64,000 nt of DNA from Sedimentisphaeraceae bacterium JB056. Lineage in GTDB: Bacteria; Planctomycetota; Phycisphaerae; Sedimentisphaerales; Sedimentisphaeraceae. Under the pieces are notes generated by a model that was given only the letters and a program-made list of their open reading frames with translations, did no database searches and was not told the DNA's origin. The position numbers and the translations under genes are program-made. Each line of letters begins with the position of its first letter. Within the stretch, counting starts at the first letter, position 1. This document shows, piece by piece, positions 18,435-28,196 of the stretch. The DNA lies in assembly GCA_044440125.1 (NCBI GenBank), contig JBITAJ010000029.1:224001-288000 (forward strand). Reading direction: 5' to 3'.

Positions 18435-19256
18435 ATGAAGATATATATTTCTATTTTTTCCATAATGGTTGTTCTGCTGGCTTTTAGCGGTCATAGCTAT
18501 GGTTACGTATTTAAAGATGATTTCAACAGAGACAATGATCCTAACCTAAATAATGGTTGGGTAGAGACTATCTGGTATGGTGATGATGTAACAAGTGAAA
18601 TTCCACCTGTATTGCAGTTCGATCCTCAATTGGTGAATTCTCAGGGTCAGTTTGTAAGAGTTGGCACAGAAGATACCAGAGTATATGCGACAGTAGCACA
18701 TGATGTTACAGGATTGTATGATATTAGTGTTGACTTGAAACTTTCAAGTGCTAATAATGTGAGTGTCGATGATGCCAGACTTGGCTTGACGGTAATTGAT
18801 GAATCAGATAACAGTTTTTCTGTTGAACTTGGCGGTATAGCAGATCCTAATTTACCTAATCAGGAGACTATTCATATCAGTTACAATGATGTTGAGCAAA
18901 TGACAGGAACAGTTGATGACTATACTGTCTTTAATAACTACAAAATAACAGTGAGTGAAGCCGGCAGCGTAGCAGTATATTTCAATGACCAGCTGCAGAT
19001 GGAAACAATTGACGGTGTGATGGGTGCACTGGTAAGTGCTGAAATCAGTTCTACACGCTGGTGGAGATGGCATGGTTTCTATTTTGACAACTTCCTTGCT
19101 GTCGGAGATATAGAGACATGTGAAGATGTTAAATTGATAGGCAAACAACTTCCTATGGATTTCGACGGTGATTGTGAAGTCGGCCAGGGAGAGCTGGCAG
19201 CTCTGATCGGAGACTGGATGAAGTGTAATGTGCCTTACCAGACAGGATGTGAATAA
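18435..19256 (+). CDS. Secreted protein with one 'DxFxR...NGW' module and C-terminal dockerin-like motif
   Basis: Signal peptide, DDFNRDNDPNLNNGWVET...RWWRWHGFYFDNF, DFDGDCEVGQGELAALIGDW. Confidence 0.75.
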   Translation: MKIYISIFSIMVVLLAFSGHSYGYVFKDDFNRDNDPNLNNGWVETIWYGDDVTSEIPPVLQFDPQLVNSQGQFVRVGTEDTRVYATVAHDVTGLYDISVDLKLSSANNVSVDDARLGLTVIDESDNSFSVELGGIADPNLPNQETIHISYNDVEQMTGTVDDYTVFNNYKITVSEAGSVAVYFNDQLQMETIDGVMGALVSAEISSTRWWRWHGFYFDNFLAVGDIETCEDVKLIGKQLPMDFDGDCEVGQGELAALIGDWMKCNVPYQTGCE

Positions 19257-19325
19257 AAGAGAATGATACGTTTTGGTGTGAGGAGGTATTCTTCTCACGC
19301 CAAAACAGACTTAGCTGGAGCGAAC

Positions 19326-19976
19326 ATGAAAAAGAGAGCGTTTACATTAATAGAGCTTTTGGTTGTTATTTCCATCATTGCTATTTTGATGGCAGTAATG
19401 ATACCGGCATTGGGGCGTGCGAGAGAATCTGCCAAGTCAGTTGTATGCAGGGCAAACTTAAAGCAGATAGGAGTTGTACTTGGATTGTATGGTGAGGATT
19501 ACAACAATAAACTGCCTTATCCCAAGCAATTTTCTAATTGGATGTCATGGTATACAATGGAAGGTAAGTATGTGGAAGCCTTAACCCCTTATGTTGGAAA
19601 AGAGGGTTCAGATACTAAATATGGCTCAGATGATGAAGGTCAAAGCTTAATATTTAAGTGCGCCAATGATCCTATTGGAGATAACCTGGGTTTTGATCAG
19701 CCTTACCACAGGTCAAGCTATGCCTTTACTTACAACTACAGGGGAACCCCTCTGTCAGGTCCTACATGTACTTGTGGTGATCCTGACTGGGATTGGCATA
19801 TAAGTTCTACGTCTCTTGCTAAGACTGTTTTGTATACAGAGGCAGGGCTTATTGAGGATGGCGGACCACTTAAAAGTTGGCATTCAGGTAAAAAGAATTA
19901 TCTTTTTGCTGATATGCATGCTAAAGATTATGGTGTTGAAGAGGTTGTCAAAGATTTTAATTATTACCGCCAATAA
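19326..19976 (+). CDS. Prepilin-type N-terminal cleavage/methylation domain protein (DUF1559-like pseudopilin)
   Basis: [40 protein letters not shown]-terminal H-X9-D variant [14 protein letters not shown]. Confidence 0.9.
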   Translation: MKKRAFTLIELLVVISIIAILMAVMIPALGRARESAKSVVCRANLKQIGVVLGLYGEDYNNKLPYPKQFSNWMSWYTMEGKYVEALTPYVGKEGSDTKYGSDDEGQSLIFKCANDPIGDNLGFDQPYHRSSYAFTYNYRGTPLSGPTCTCGDPDWDWHISSTSLAKTVLYTEAGLIEDGGPLKSWHSGKKNYLFADMHAKDYGVEEVVKDFNYYRQ

Positions 19977-19996
19977 TTTGACTTTAGAGGAATTTA

Positions 19997-22009
19997 ATGT
20001 CCAAAATATGTGCATCTATAATTTTCGTTTGCGGTGTTGCTTTAGCCGCGACTGTAACTAATTGTTCAGAAGTATGGGCAAATGGTTATGGACTCAAAGG
20101 TGATATTAACAAAGATTGTGTTGTTGATATTACGGATATTGACTTTTTGCTTTCTGACTGGCTCAAATGTAATGATCCTTCATTGGGTTGTAGTGATATT
20201 TCAAATGTTAATTCTGTAAAAAATATTTTAACAGATGAGGATAGTTCTACTTATATAACAGTAACCTCTGATTGGCAGACATTTTACTATGATCAGGGCA
20301 ATGCAGAACTTATTAATCTGAGGGTTGATATAGATGCAGATTCAGCAGGCAGTTTAGAGGTTGAACTTGATGATGTCATGGTTCTTGCTATAGATTACGA
20401 TGCCGGAGAAAACGAATACAGTTTGAGATTGCCTTACAGCAAGACAAATAATATAAAGCTGAGAAGTTTGAATCAGGATATTGCTATTCCGGAACTTTAT
20501 TTGGAGAAGAGGACAGGAGTTAGTATTGATTGGCCGACTACAGGAGTAGAAAGCTCGTCTGTTACTGTTACTGTTGAGTCTGACAGTACAGCATCAAGCA
20601 CTATTCCTTTTGGTGTGATGTGTAACTGGTTTTCACGTGGAGTGGTAGAAGGGATAACTGACTCTGATACAAAGACTGAGCTTATTTCAAAATTTGGTGA
20701 GCTTGGAGTTTCCGCATGGCGTTATCCAGGCGGCACAATGACTTATGGATATCCCCCAACTCAGCAAGCAATACAGGTTTATAAAGATGCGGGTATGGGG
20801 CAGTATGCTTACGGCCTGAATAAAGAACCATTATACTGGTCGAGTCCGGAGGACTTTTTCGCATTTTGTAAAGATGCCGGTATTACTGCCTGGTACGAAA
20901 TTAATCCTGGATTCTGGTATGATTCGGTAAATAAGCAGGTTCTCAAGACAGTTCCTATGGATGGCAGGGGTGATATAATGGCTGCAGATAATCTTGATGC
21001 TGCAGTTGCGGATGCTGTTGCGATGGCTCAATATGCCGATTCGCTTGGAGTGGATGTAGTATGGGAAATTGGTAATGAAGACTATGTGTATTACACAGCA
21101 GAAACTTATGCCAATTTATGCCAAGCCTTTATAAATGGAATACGTGCGGTATTGCCTGACGCTAAGTTTGCCGCTTGCGGTGATGGTTACAGTTGGTCTG
21201 ATCATTCCTTTGCGGATGCATTTAAAGAGGCAATGTCAGCAAAAACGATTACCGGTATATTAGATTACTCAAGTGAACACCTTTACCTTTCAGGTGTTGG
21301 CTATACAGACAGTACCGGCTGGCATGAGTTTGATTGGTATACGCCATCAGGGCATGGTGATGCTGCTGTTGCTGCGTGGCCGATAATCAGGCCTCAATAT
21401 TTTAATTCGATGTCAGATTGGGCGGATGTTGGTTACACGGATACTAAGCTTGCTATGACAGAGTTTAATACGAGAGGGATTAAGGATATTGTGGCTGAGA
21501 CAGAGCATTCAGTAGGCCGTGCGCTTGGAGAGGCCGTAACTGTGGTCAATATGCTTAATGAAGGAACAAGTTGTATTTTTACTCATGACCTCGTTCGCTC
21601 TTCTCCTGATGCTACATTCTATGCCCGTCTGGACTATTATCCTGAAAACTCTGCGGGAAGAAAGTATTTCATGTATCCAGAGGCGAGGACGGTAGGACTT
21701 ACTTCACTTCACGGTAAGGGAAATATTCTTTACAATTCAGGCGGCATTACTGTCAGCAGGCATTCTGATTTTGTTTATCTGACAGTTGTAAACCGTGATG
21801 ATGTTTACAAGGCCACTACTTTCTATTTGTCGGGTATCTCATTTCAGGAAGGTGTGAGTGCTGATGTTAGTGAATTTCGTGCCGCGGCAGAAGAATGCTG
21901 TTTCTTTGATTATTATTATCAAGAATCGCAAACAGATATCAGCTCTTCAGCTGTAAACGTCAAGTCTTATCCATTTAGTGTAAAAGCATATAAGATATAT
22001 GTTAATTAA
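19997..22009 (+). CDS. Secreted clan GH-A glycoside hydrolase (GH51/GH79-like) with N-terminal dockerin-like motif
   Basis: WRYPGGT, WEIGNE (acid/base), AMTEFN (nucleophile), C-terminal beta-sandwich; GDINKDCVVDITDIDFLLSDW after the signal peptide. Confidence 0.78.
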   Translation: MSKICASIIFVCGVALAATVTNCSEVWANGYGLKGDINKDCVVDITDIDFLLSDWLKCNDPSLGCSDISNVNSVKNILTDEDSSTYITVTSDWQTFYYDQGNAELINLRVDIDADSAGSLEVELDDVMVLAIDYDAGENEYSLRLPYSKTNNIKLRSLNQDIAIPELYLEKRTGVSIDWPTTGVESSSVTVTVESDSTASSTIPFGVMCNWFSRGVVEGITDSDTKTELISKFGELGVSAWRYPGGTMTYGYPPTQQAIQVYKDAGMGQYAYGLNKEPLYWSSPEDFFAFCKDAGITAWYEINPGFWYDSVNKQVLKTVPMDGRGDIMAADNLDAAVADAVAMAQYADSLGVDVVWEIGNEDYVYYTAETYANLCQAFINGIRAVLPDAKFAACGDGYSWSDHSFADAFKEAMSAKTITGILDYSSEHLYLSGVGYTDSTGWHEFDWYTPSGHGDAAVAAWPIIRPQYFNSMSDWADVGYTDTKLAMTEFNTRGIKDIVAETEHSVGRALGEAVTVVNMLNEGTSCIFTHDLVRSSPDATFYARLDYYPENSAGRKYFMYPEARTVGLTSLHGKGNILYNSGGITVSRHSDFVYLTVVNRDDVYKATTFYLSGISFQEGVSADVSEFRAAAEECCFFDYYYQESQTDISSSAVNVKSYPFSVKAYKIYVN

Positions 22010-22029
22010 GGTTCAGGTTTAAGGAAATT

Positions 22030-25000
22030 ATGTTTAAGTCAATAAGAATTATTTGTATAATTTCACTCATATTAATTTCAAGGTCGTTTGCCAAGACAAT
22101 ATATGTACCTGTTGATATAAGTAAGCAATGCACTGCTGCCAATTATGATGAGGTTGCAGGTGACAAGAAAGGCGGCTGGACAGATCAAGGGCCTGGAAAT
22201 GATTTTTCGAATCTTCCTGTAGGCAAGCAGGTTTTCAATGATATTCCGTTTAACATCCTCAGCGCAGAGGAAAATGACGGCAAAAACTGTATAGTACTTA
22301 ATATTGACGAGTTTGTTCCTGATTTTGTGAAGAATATCAAGGTTCAAAGATCGAATGTTAAAAACATATATTTTCTTCATGCTTCTGCTTACAACGGCAA
22401 TGTAGGTGATTCAGGCAAGTATGTCATGAATTTTCGTTACAGCGGGAAGGAATACGAGGAAAGAATTGAACGCGTAAGGATGGGGTATGTTTCAGAAAAT
22501 ATTCTGTTTTATCCTGTTGAAGCACCTCTTGTCAGCCCGATGAATATGGCTGACTGGTGGGGGTGTGTCAAAGACCTTCCAGATGCCAAGGTTGCCTGGA
22601 GAGGATCGATACCATCGTGTCCAAAAGTCGGAATACTAAATTATAAGTGGACAAATCCAAATCCTCAGGAGTACATTGAATCGATAGATTTTTATGGTCC
22701 TACTAAAACTAATGTAGTGCCTATACTTTTGGCGGTGACACTTGAGATTGAACAGCGTGATTTTGTTGTGTCTAAAGATGAACAAAAATTATATTACAAT
22801 ACGCTCAATGGTATAACAGAGCTTGAAGATAAGCTTAAGGGCTCGGTTGAAAAGTTTAAGTCAGATATATCAGGTTCTTCAGATAAACGCCTTGTTGAAA
22901 AATTGAATGAATTACTTCCTGTTGTTATATCTTATTCGGAAGATGGTGCCTCAAGTCTTGAAGGTCTCAAATCTGAGTTAGAGACTTTCAGGACTTTAGC
23001 TGAGACAGACACCAATGTTTCTTTTGTTTCATATGTTGGAAAACTAAGAGAAGTTTCCAGTATGATTGATGATAAGATTGCTAATGTTAAAGGGCGTCTC
23101 ACAGATATCTATGATGATATAATTAAGAACAATTTTAATACGGCAGCTTCAGTTCTGAGCGAAACAAAAAAGATACTGGTTTCTAAGAATGGATACAGTG
23201 CAAGGGTGAGTGAACTGTTTGCCGATGCCTCTCAGACATATCTTGATGATAAACCAACAAATGAACGTCATGCCTATACTAATAGTAAGAACGCCGTTTA
23301 CTGGGCAGAGAAAGCCCTGGCTCGTGCAAAGGCAGCAAATACTAATGAGATTATTTTTCCTGCAGTGAAAGAAGAGCTTCCTCCAACTGTAGAAATTTCC
23401 AATTCAGTTCGAGCAAAGATATGCCTCAATGGGAAATGGCAGGTTGCCAAAGGCAGTGGTGATGCATATCCTTCTGATGGTTGGTTTGAAATGAATGTGC
23501 CTCACTCAGGATGGAGCAACGGAAAAGGATGGAGAAGTGAATTCGATTCCGTTGAACTTTTCTATGGTATTAAATGGACCAAGGATGAACATTCGGCTTG
23601 GTATAAGACTGGTTTTGCTGTTCCAAGTATAGATGAAAATTATGTACTTGAGCTTGAGTTTAAGCGTGTGTGGCATTATTCCGAGGTGTATGCTAACGGT
23701 ATTTACTGCGGCAATAATATTGGCGGTAATCATAGATTCTTTGTAGATGTTACTCCAGCATTGGAAGTTAATCCTTCAGAGATTGAACTGGTCGTTTATG
23801 TTGAAGATACAACACTGACGGAACTTGAAGACGGCACAAATATCTTTGCTACGGGAGCTCAGGGAAGTGTGCAGCAGGGTGGAATCAGTGATGATGTATT
23901 TCTGCATATAAGAAATAAGACTGCTATCAAAGATCCTTTTATTCAAACTTCATACATGCAAAAAGAAGTAGCTGTTTCATGTGATGTGCTGAATTACAGT
24001 GAACCTTGCAGTGTTAAAGTAAGAATCGAGGATGAAGGGGAAGTTGTAAAAGACCTGGGCGTTCTCAATCGCGGAGCAGAAGGCTTGTTTGCGGCAAATG
24101 AAAAATGGGAATCTCCTGCGCTTTGGGCTCCTTCAGAGCCTTGGGGTCAACCCGGTAAACTGTATACCGCTGTTTACGAGTTGTACTCCGATGATGCTTT
24201 GGTTGATAAATTGGAAGTACCGTTTGGCTTTAGGGAATTTTATATTCAGGGTGATAAATTTTATCTTAACGGTAAACCTATTTTTCTACAGGGCGATCAT
24301 ATAGATGTTGTCAGTAATGGTGGATTCTCTTTCAGAAATCCAACCTATCTTACTCATTATCTTAATATCTGTCGCGGTGCAAATGTTAATTTTATCAGAA
24401 CACACTGCAATGAGCCTCCTGAATGGTGGTGGGATATCGCCGATGAGCTTGGTATGATGTTTGAATCGCACAATCATATAATGCATGGTACATGGAAGGT
24501 TGTGCCGGATAAAAACTGGACAGATCCTGTATGGAAGAAAAATATGCAGGCATACTTTAAGTCTGTCGTGACAGAGTTCAGGAATCATCCTTCGATTGTT
24601 ATGTGGGTTCCTACTAATGAGATATTTGCAGGTAGAGTGAATGACCCTTCATGGGATGAGGCCATTGCTTTCTGGCAGGATATTGATAAGTTCATAAAAA
24701 AGATAGATCCTACAAGACCATTACATCATCATGGTTCACAGGGGATATCAGGACTTGAAAAGTATCCATTTGAAATTGCTTCTCTTCACTATGGACAGGA
24801 TTCTGACACGAAATCATTCTCCGAGCTTTATCCTGGAGTACCAACATTTTTCTCTGAGTTTCAGGACCTTGACCTGATGCGAAGGACCAGTAGAGATGCC
24901 GGAGAGAAATATCAGGAGGCCCTTGATTTGCTTTCGGCCTATCTTACGAATAAGATTTCTCTTTGTAAGGAGAACGGTATTGCAGGAACATCACCTTATC

Positions 25001-25467
25001 AGATAATAACATGGGTTGCTCTTGATAAGACGTTTGCTAAAACGCTTAAAGATGATCAGCTCAAGGTTAATTGGCCTACAAGCTCAGGAATAGGAGTCAA
25101 GACAGATATCATCAGGCACCCAACTATATACTGGCAGAAAGAGGATGTACCGGTTTGCAAGCGTACTTCGCTGTATTATGATTGGGGTGCCGTACACAAT
25201 GAGATGGATCCGTTGAAACAGGTTTGGCCGCTTCAGGTTTATGTTAAGGGTGCTCAGCCTGGTGAGATAGTATACGCTTTCGCAGCCGATGGAATAGCTG
25301 AAGGTGTAAAGGCGGATTCAAACGGTAATGCCCTGTTCTTCTTGACGGCAGAAGGGGCGTATGAGTTTAAGTCAAAAGAAAACGATATTAAAGTGGAACT
25401 GATGAGAAAGCCATATCAGGAGATAGGCGGTTTTGGTCATTGGATAACAATAGAATTGGATAAGTAG
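22030..25467 (+). CDS. Secreted multidomain GH2-family glycoside hydrolase
   Basis: ICLNGKWQ, FGFREF, FYLNGKPIFLQG, IRTH, ADELGMM, RNHPSIVMWVPTNE, IDPTRP, FSEF; long N-terminal extension. Confidence 0.85.
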   Translation: MFKSIRIICIISLILISRSFAKTIYVPVDISKQCTAANYDEVAGDKKGGWTDQGPGNDFSNLPVGKQVFNDIPFNILSAEENDGKNCIVLNIDEFVPDFVKNIKVQRSNVKNIYFLHASAYNGNVGDSGKYVMNFRYSGKEYEERIERVRMGYVSENILFYPVEAPLVSPMNMADWWGCVKDLPDAKVAWRGSIPSCPKVGILNYKWTNPNPQEYIESIDFYGPTKTNVVPILLAVTLEIEQRDFVVSKDEQKLYYNTLNGITELEDKLKGSVEKFKSDISGSSDKRLVEKLNELLPVVISYSEDGASSLEGLKSELETFRTLAETDTNVSFVSYVGKLREVSSMIDDKIANVKGRLTDIYDDIIKNNFNTAASVLSETKKILVSKNGYSARVSELFADASQTYLDDKPTNERHAYTNSKNAVYWAEKALARAKAANTNEIIFPAVKEELPPTVEISNSVRAKICLNGKWQVAKGSGDAYPSDGWFEMNVPHSGWSNGKGWRSEFDSVELFYGIKWTKDEHSAWYKTGFAVPSIDENYVLELEFKRVWHYSEVYANGIYCGNNIGGNHRFFVDVTPALEVNPSEIELVVYVEDTTLTELEDGTNIFATGAQGSVQQGGISDDVFLHIRNKTAIKDPFIQTSYMQKEVAVSCDVLNYSEPCSVKVRIEDEGEVVKDLGVLNRGAEGLFAANEKWESPALWAPSEPWGQPGKLYTAVYELYSDDALVDKLEVPFGFREFYIQGDKFYLNGKPIFLQGDHIDVVSNGGFSFRNPTYLTHYLNICRGANVNFIRTHCNEPPEWWWDIADELGMMFESHNHIMHGTWKVVPDKNWTDPVWKKNMQAYFKSVVTEFRNHPSIVMWVPTNEIFAGRVNDPSWDEAIAFWQDIDKFIKKIDPTRPLHHHGSQGISGLEKYPFEIASLHYGQDSDTKSFSELYPGVPTFFSEFQDLDLMRRTSRDAGEKYQEALDLLSAYLTNKISLCKENGIAGTSPYQIITWVALDKTFAKTLKDDQLKVNWPTSSGIGVKTDIIRHPTIYWQKEDVPVCKRTSLYYDWGAVHNEMDPLKQVWPLQVYVKGAQPGEIVYAFAADGIAEGVKADSNGNALFFLTAEGAYEFKSKENDIKVELMRKPYQEIGGFGHWITIELDK

Positions 25468-25499
25468 TAAGCAGCGATACTTTGTTTTAGGATTTTGAA

Positions 25500-26438
25500 A
25501 TGGCAATAATGAAAAAAGACCCACGCAACCCGATTATAACAGCGGAGCAGGTTCCTGCGGATTGCATATATGTTAGTAATCCCGGGTGCATCAAGGTGGG
25601 CAATGAATATGTTATGATAGTTAATGTCTCTCTTGAGACCGGACCAATAGTATTCTGGATAGCCAGAAGTACTAATGGTGTAGATTTTACGTTTGAGGAT
25701 GAGCCGATCGATTGGCCGCTGCCGCCTGCAAGCTGGCCTGAAGATTGTGTATATGATGCACGAATAACGGAGATTGACGGTGTGTACTATCTTGTCCATT
25801 GTTCAAGCTGCGCTACTATGGGCGAGAGAGTAGGTATTGTAAAGACTACAGATTTCAAGACCTTTGAAAGAGTCGGTGTGGTTTCAGAGCTGGGCAACAG
25901 AAACGGTGTTCTTTTCCCTGAAAAGATAAATGGGCTTTACGCACGTTTAGACAGGCCGTTTGGTAATGAGATGAATCCGTGTGATACGTGGATATCATAC
26001 AGTCCAGACTTGACGTATTGGGGCAACAGTGAGCCGGTACTTTCACGCAGGCCGGGATATTGGGACAGGCAAAAGGTTGGCGGCGGAGCTGTGCCGATAA
26101 AAACCAAGGACGGTTGGCTTGCCATATATCATGGTGTCGGTGAGACATGTAACGGGTTTATATATTCGCTTGGTGCGGCAATACTTGATTATGAAAATCC
26201 GGCAAAGGTCATCGCAAGAACTGAGGATGCTATTCTCTATCCAAAGCATGACTATGAAATCTTAGGCAGAGTAAATAATGTTGTCTTTGCATGTAATGCG
26301 ATTGTTGGGGATGACGGCGATTCTATAAATGTTTATTATGGTGCGGCGGATTCGCAGATAGGTCTTGCAACGACAAGTATATCCGAACTTACAAAAGCAT
26401 GTTATACAAAAAATAAATATTCTCTTAAAAGCAATTGA
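25500..26438 (+). CDS. GH130-family glycoside phosphorylase/hydrolase (beta-mannoside-active family)
   Basis: NPII, YDARIT, NRNGVLFPEKING, RLDRP, PIKTKDGWLAIYHGV, NVVF, YYGAAD. Confidence 0.9.
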   Translation: MAIMKKDPRNPIITAEQVPADCIYVSNPGCIKVGNEYVMIVNVSLETGPIVFWIARSTNGVDFTFEDEPIDWPLPPASWPEDCVYDARITEIDGVYYLVHCSSCATMGERVGIVKTTDFKTFERVGVVSELGNRNGVLFPEKINGLYARLDRPFGNEMNPCDTWISYSPDLTYWGNSEPVLSRRPGYWDRQKVGGGAVPIKTKDGWLAIYHGVGETCNGFIYSLGAAILDYENPAKVIARTEDAILYPKHDYEILGRVNNVVFACNAIVGDDGDSINVYYGAADSQIGLATTSISELTKACYTKNKYSLKSN

Positions 26439-26472
26439 TGTATCGGTTTCCGTGAGAGATGAGGAATTATTA

Positions 26473-28194
26473 GTGATTACTGGGAAAACACAAATAGATA
26501 TTAGAGAAAGAGTGAGGCTTGGTCTCAACTTTCTGAATAACAACGTAGATAAGGATCGTGGTTGTCTGCCGTACTTCACAACTATCTTTAAGACGAATCC
26601 CGCCGAGGCTCGCCACGACTGGCCTGATTTCGGTGATCTTACTTCACGGTATGTTGAGGCTTTTATATATGTTCGTAAAATCCTCGGCAGTCTTGAATAC
26701 AGCGAAAGCGAACTTAGGCTTCGCGAGCTTTTCTATTCTTATTTTTGCGAGAACGATGGTCTGAGCTATCGTCCTGAGTTTGAGAAGCCGTATTATTCTA
26801 CGATTTCACGCGGTCCGTATAATGCTCATGTTGCTGAGGGTTTTGATCAGGCGAGGGTTATGTGGGCACTGATTGCATTGCATTCAGAGCAAAAGGATGG
26901 TAATAGTCTTGAACTGATGGCGAATCTTGTTAAAGGCATTAGCAATGTGCTTGTCAGGAAAGATGATTACGGCTATTTCGATCGTTCGGCATGGACACCT
27001 GGTTTGAATGTTGATCCCAATGCAGAGCCAATGCCGCACCAGTTCTATTTTATGGGAACCCAGATCAATCCGCTTGTTCAATATTACAGAATGACTGGTG
27101 ATGAAACTGCATTGGATGTGGCAAAACGTCTGACTAACTATATTCTATATCAGACTGATTATTTTGCAGTTGATGGAAGCTGGACTGTTGATATAAAGAA
27201 GACAGGTGTCGGCGATGAGGTTGATTTTGAAGGCGAAGTTGATGGACATTGTCATAGCAGGCTCGGAACCCTTGCCGGTATTACTGCGTTAGGGAATCTT
27301 CTTAACAACAGTGAACTTATCAGCAGAGCAAAAAGTTGTTATGATTGGTTTTATGAAAAACATTGCAGCAGTTTCGGCTGGAGTCCTGAATTTTTAGGGC
27401 GTTACGGTGATGAGAATGAAGGATTTGAAACATGTGTATTGATGGATCAGATTTTGTGTGCGTTAGAGCTTTGCAATGCCGGTTTCGCTGAATACTATGA
27501 GCAAATAGAAAAATTTGCCCGCAATCAGCTTATGGAAGCTCAGCTTACGGATCTTTCTCTGTTTAAGAATGATGTTCATAAAGAGAAAACATGGCTTTCA
27601 ACATTCGATAATGTCGGGGAAATGGTACTTGGAGGATTTGTCGGCTGGGGTGCTCCCAATGATTTTGTTGGAAACTGCAATCATCATTACTGTCTTATGA
27701 ATTGCTGCGGACCGGCAGGGATTCGTGCAATGTATGATGTGTGGAGCAATATAACGGCGTTATCTGATGAATACCTGACAATAAACATGTTTATGGATTT
27801 TGAAGACGAGAATGTCTGTCTTGAAAATATGCAGCTTGAGGGAGAGGGGATAAGTGTTTTCTCAAAAGTGAATAAGCCTCTTAGAATAAGACGCAGAAGC
27901 TGGATGAATGTTGATGCGATGGCGATTACGTCAAATACCGGAAATGTTGCATTTACATCAGACGAGGAGTTTGTTTATGTTATTTCAGAAGACAGCTTCA
28001 ATCAGCAAATTACATTGAGCCAGTATCTGCCTGAGGAGAAAGAACATGTCTTTGTTAACGGCAGGGAGTATGATGTTATCTGGAAGGGTGATACCGTCAT
28101 AGAAATATCGCCCGAAGGCAAGTTCATGCCGCTGTACCAGAATAGAGTAATAGAATCAAAACATGCAGTGGATGCTGCTTGTTGTGAGGTTTAG
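26473..28194 (+). CDS. GH127/GH146-like (DUF1680-type) glycoside hydrolase, divergent
   Basis: GHCHSR, SPEF, FETC and MNCC motifs align by eye with the Zn/Cys site of beta-L-arabinofuranosidases; GAGGA upstream of GTG 26473. Confidence 0.6.
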   Translation: MITGKTQIDIRERVRLGLNFLNNNVDKDRGCLPYFTTIFKTNPAEARHDWPDFGDLTSRYVEAFIYVRKILGSLEYSESELRLRELFYSYFCENDGLSYRPEFEKPYYSTISRGPYNAHVAEGFDQARVMWALIALHSEQKDGNSLELMANLVKGISNVLVRKDDYGYFDRSAWTPGLNVDPNAEPMPHQFYFMGTQINPLVQYYRMTGDETALDVAKRLTNYILYQTDYFAVDGSWTVDIKKTGVGDEVDFEGEVDGHCHSRLGTLAGITALGNLLNNSELISRAKSCYDWFYEKHCSSFGWSPEFLGRYGDENEGFETCVLMDQILCALELCNAGFAEYYEQIEKFARNQLMEAQLTDLSLFKNDVHKEKTWLSTFDNVGEMVLGGFVGWGAPNDFVGNCNHHYCLMNCCGPAGIRAMYDVWSNITALSDEYLTINMFMDFEDENVCLENMQLEGEGISVFSKVNKPLRIRRRSWMNVDAMAITSNTGNVAFTSDEEFVYVISEDSFNQQITLSQYLPEEKEHVFVNGREYDVIWKGDTVIEISPEGKFMPLYQNRVIESKHAVDAACCEV

Positions 28195-28196
28195 AT

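Noticed and set aside
26365..26472. Apparent 74-bp overlap between the GH130 gene and the next ORF
   Set aside because: A GTG at 26473 with a GAGGA RBS removes the overlap; no evidence of frameshifting.
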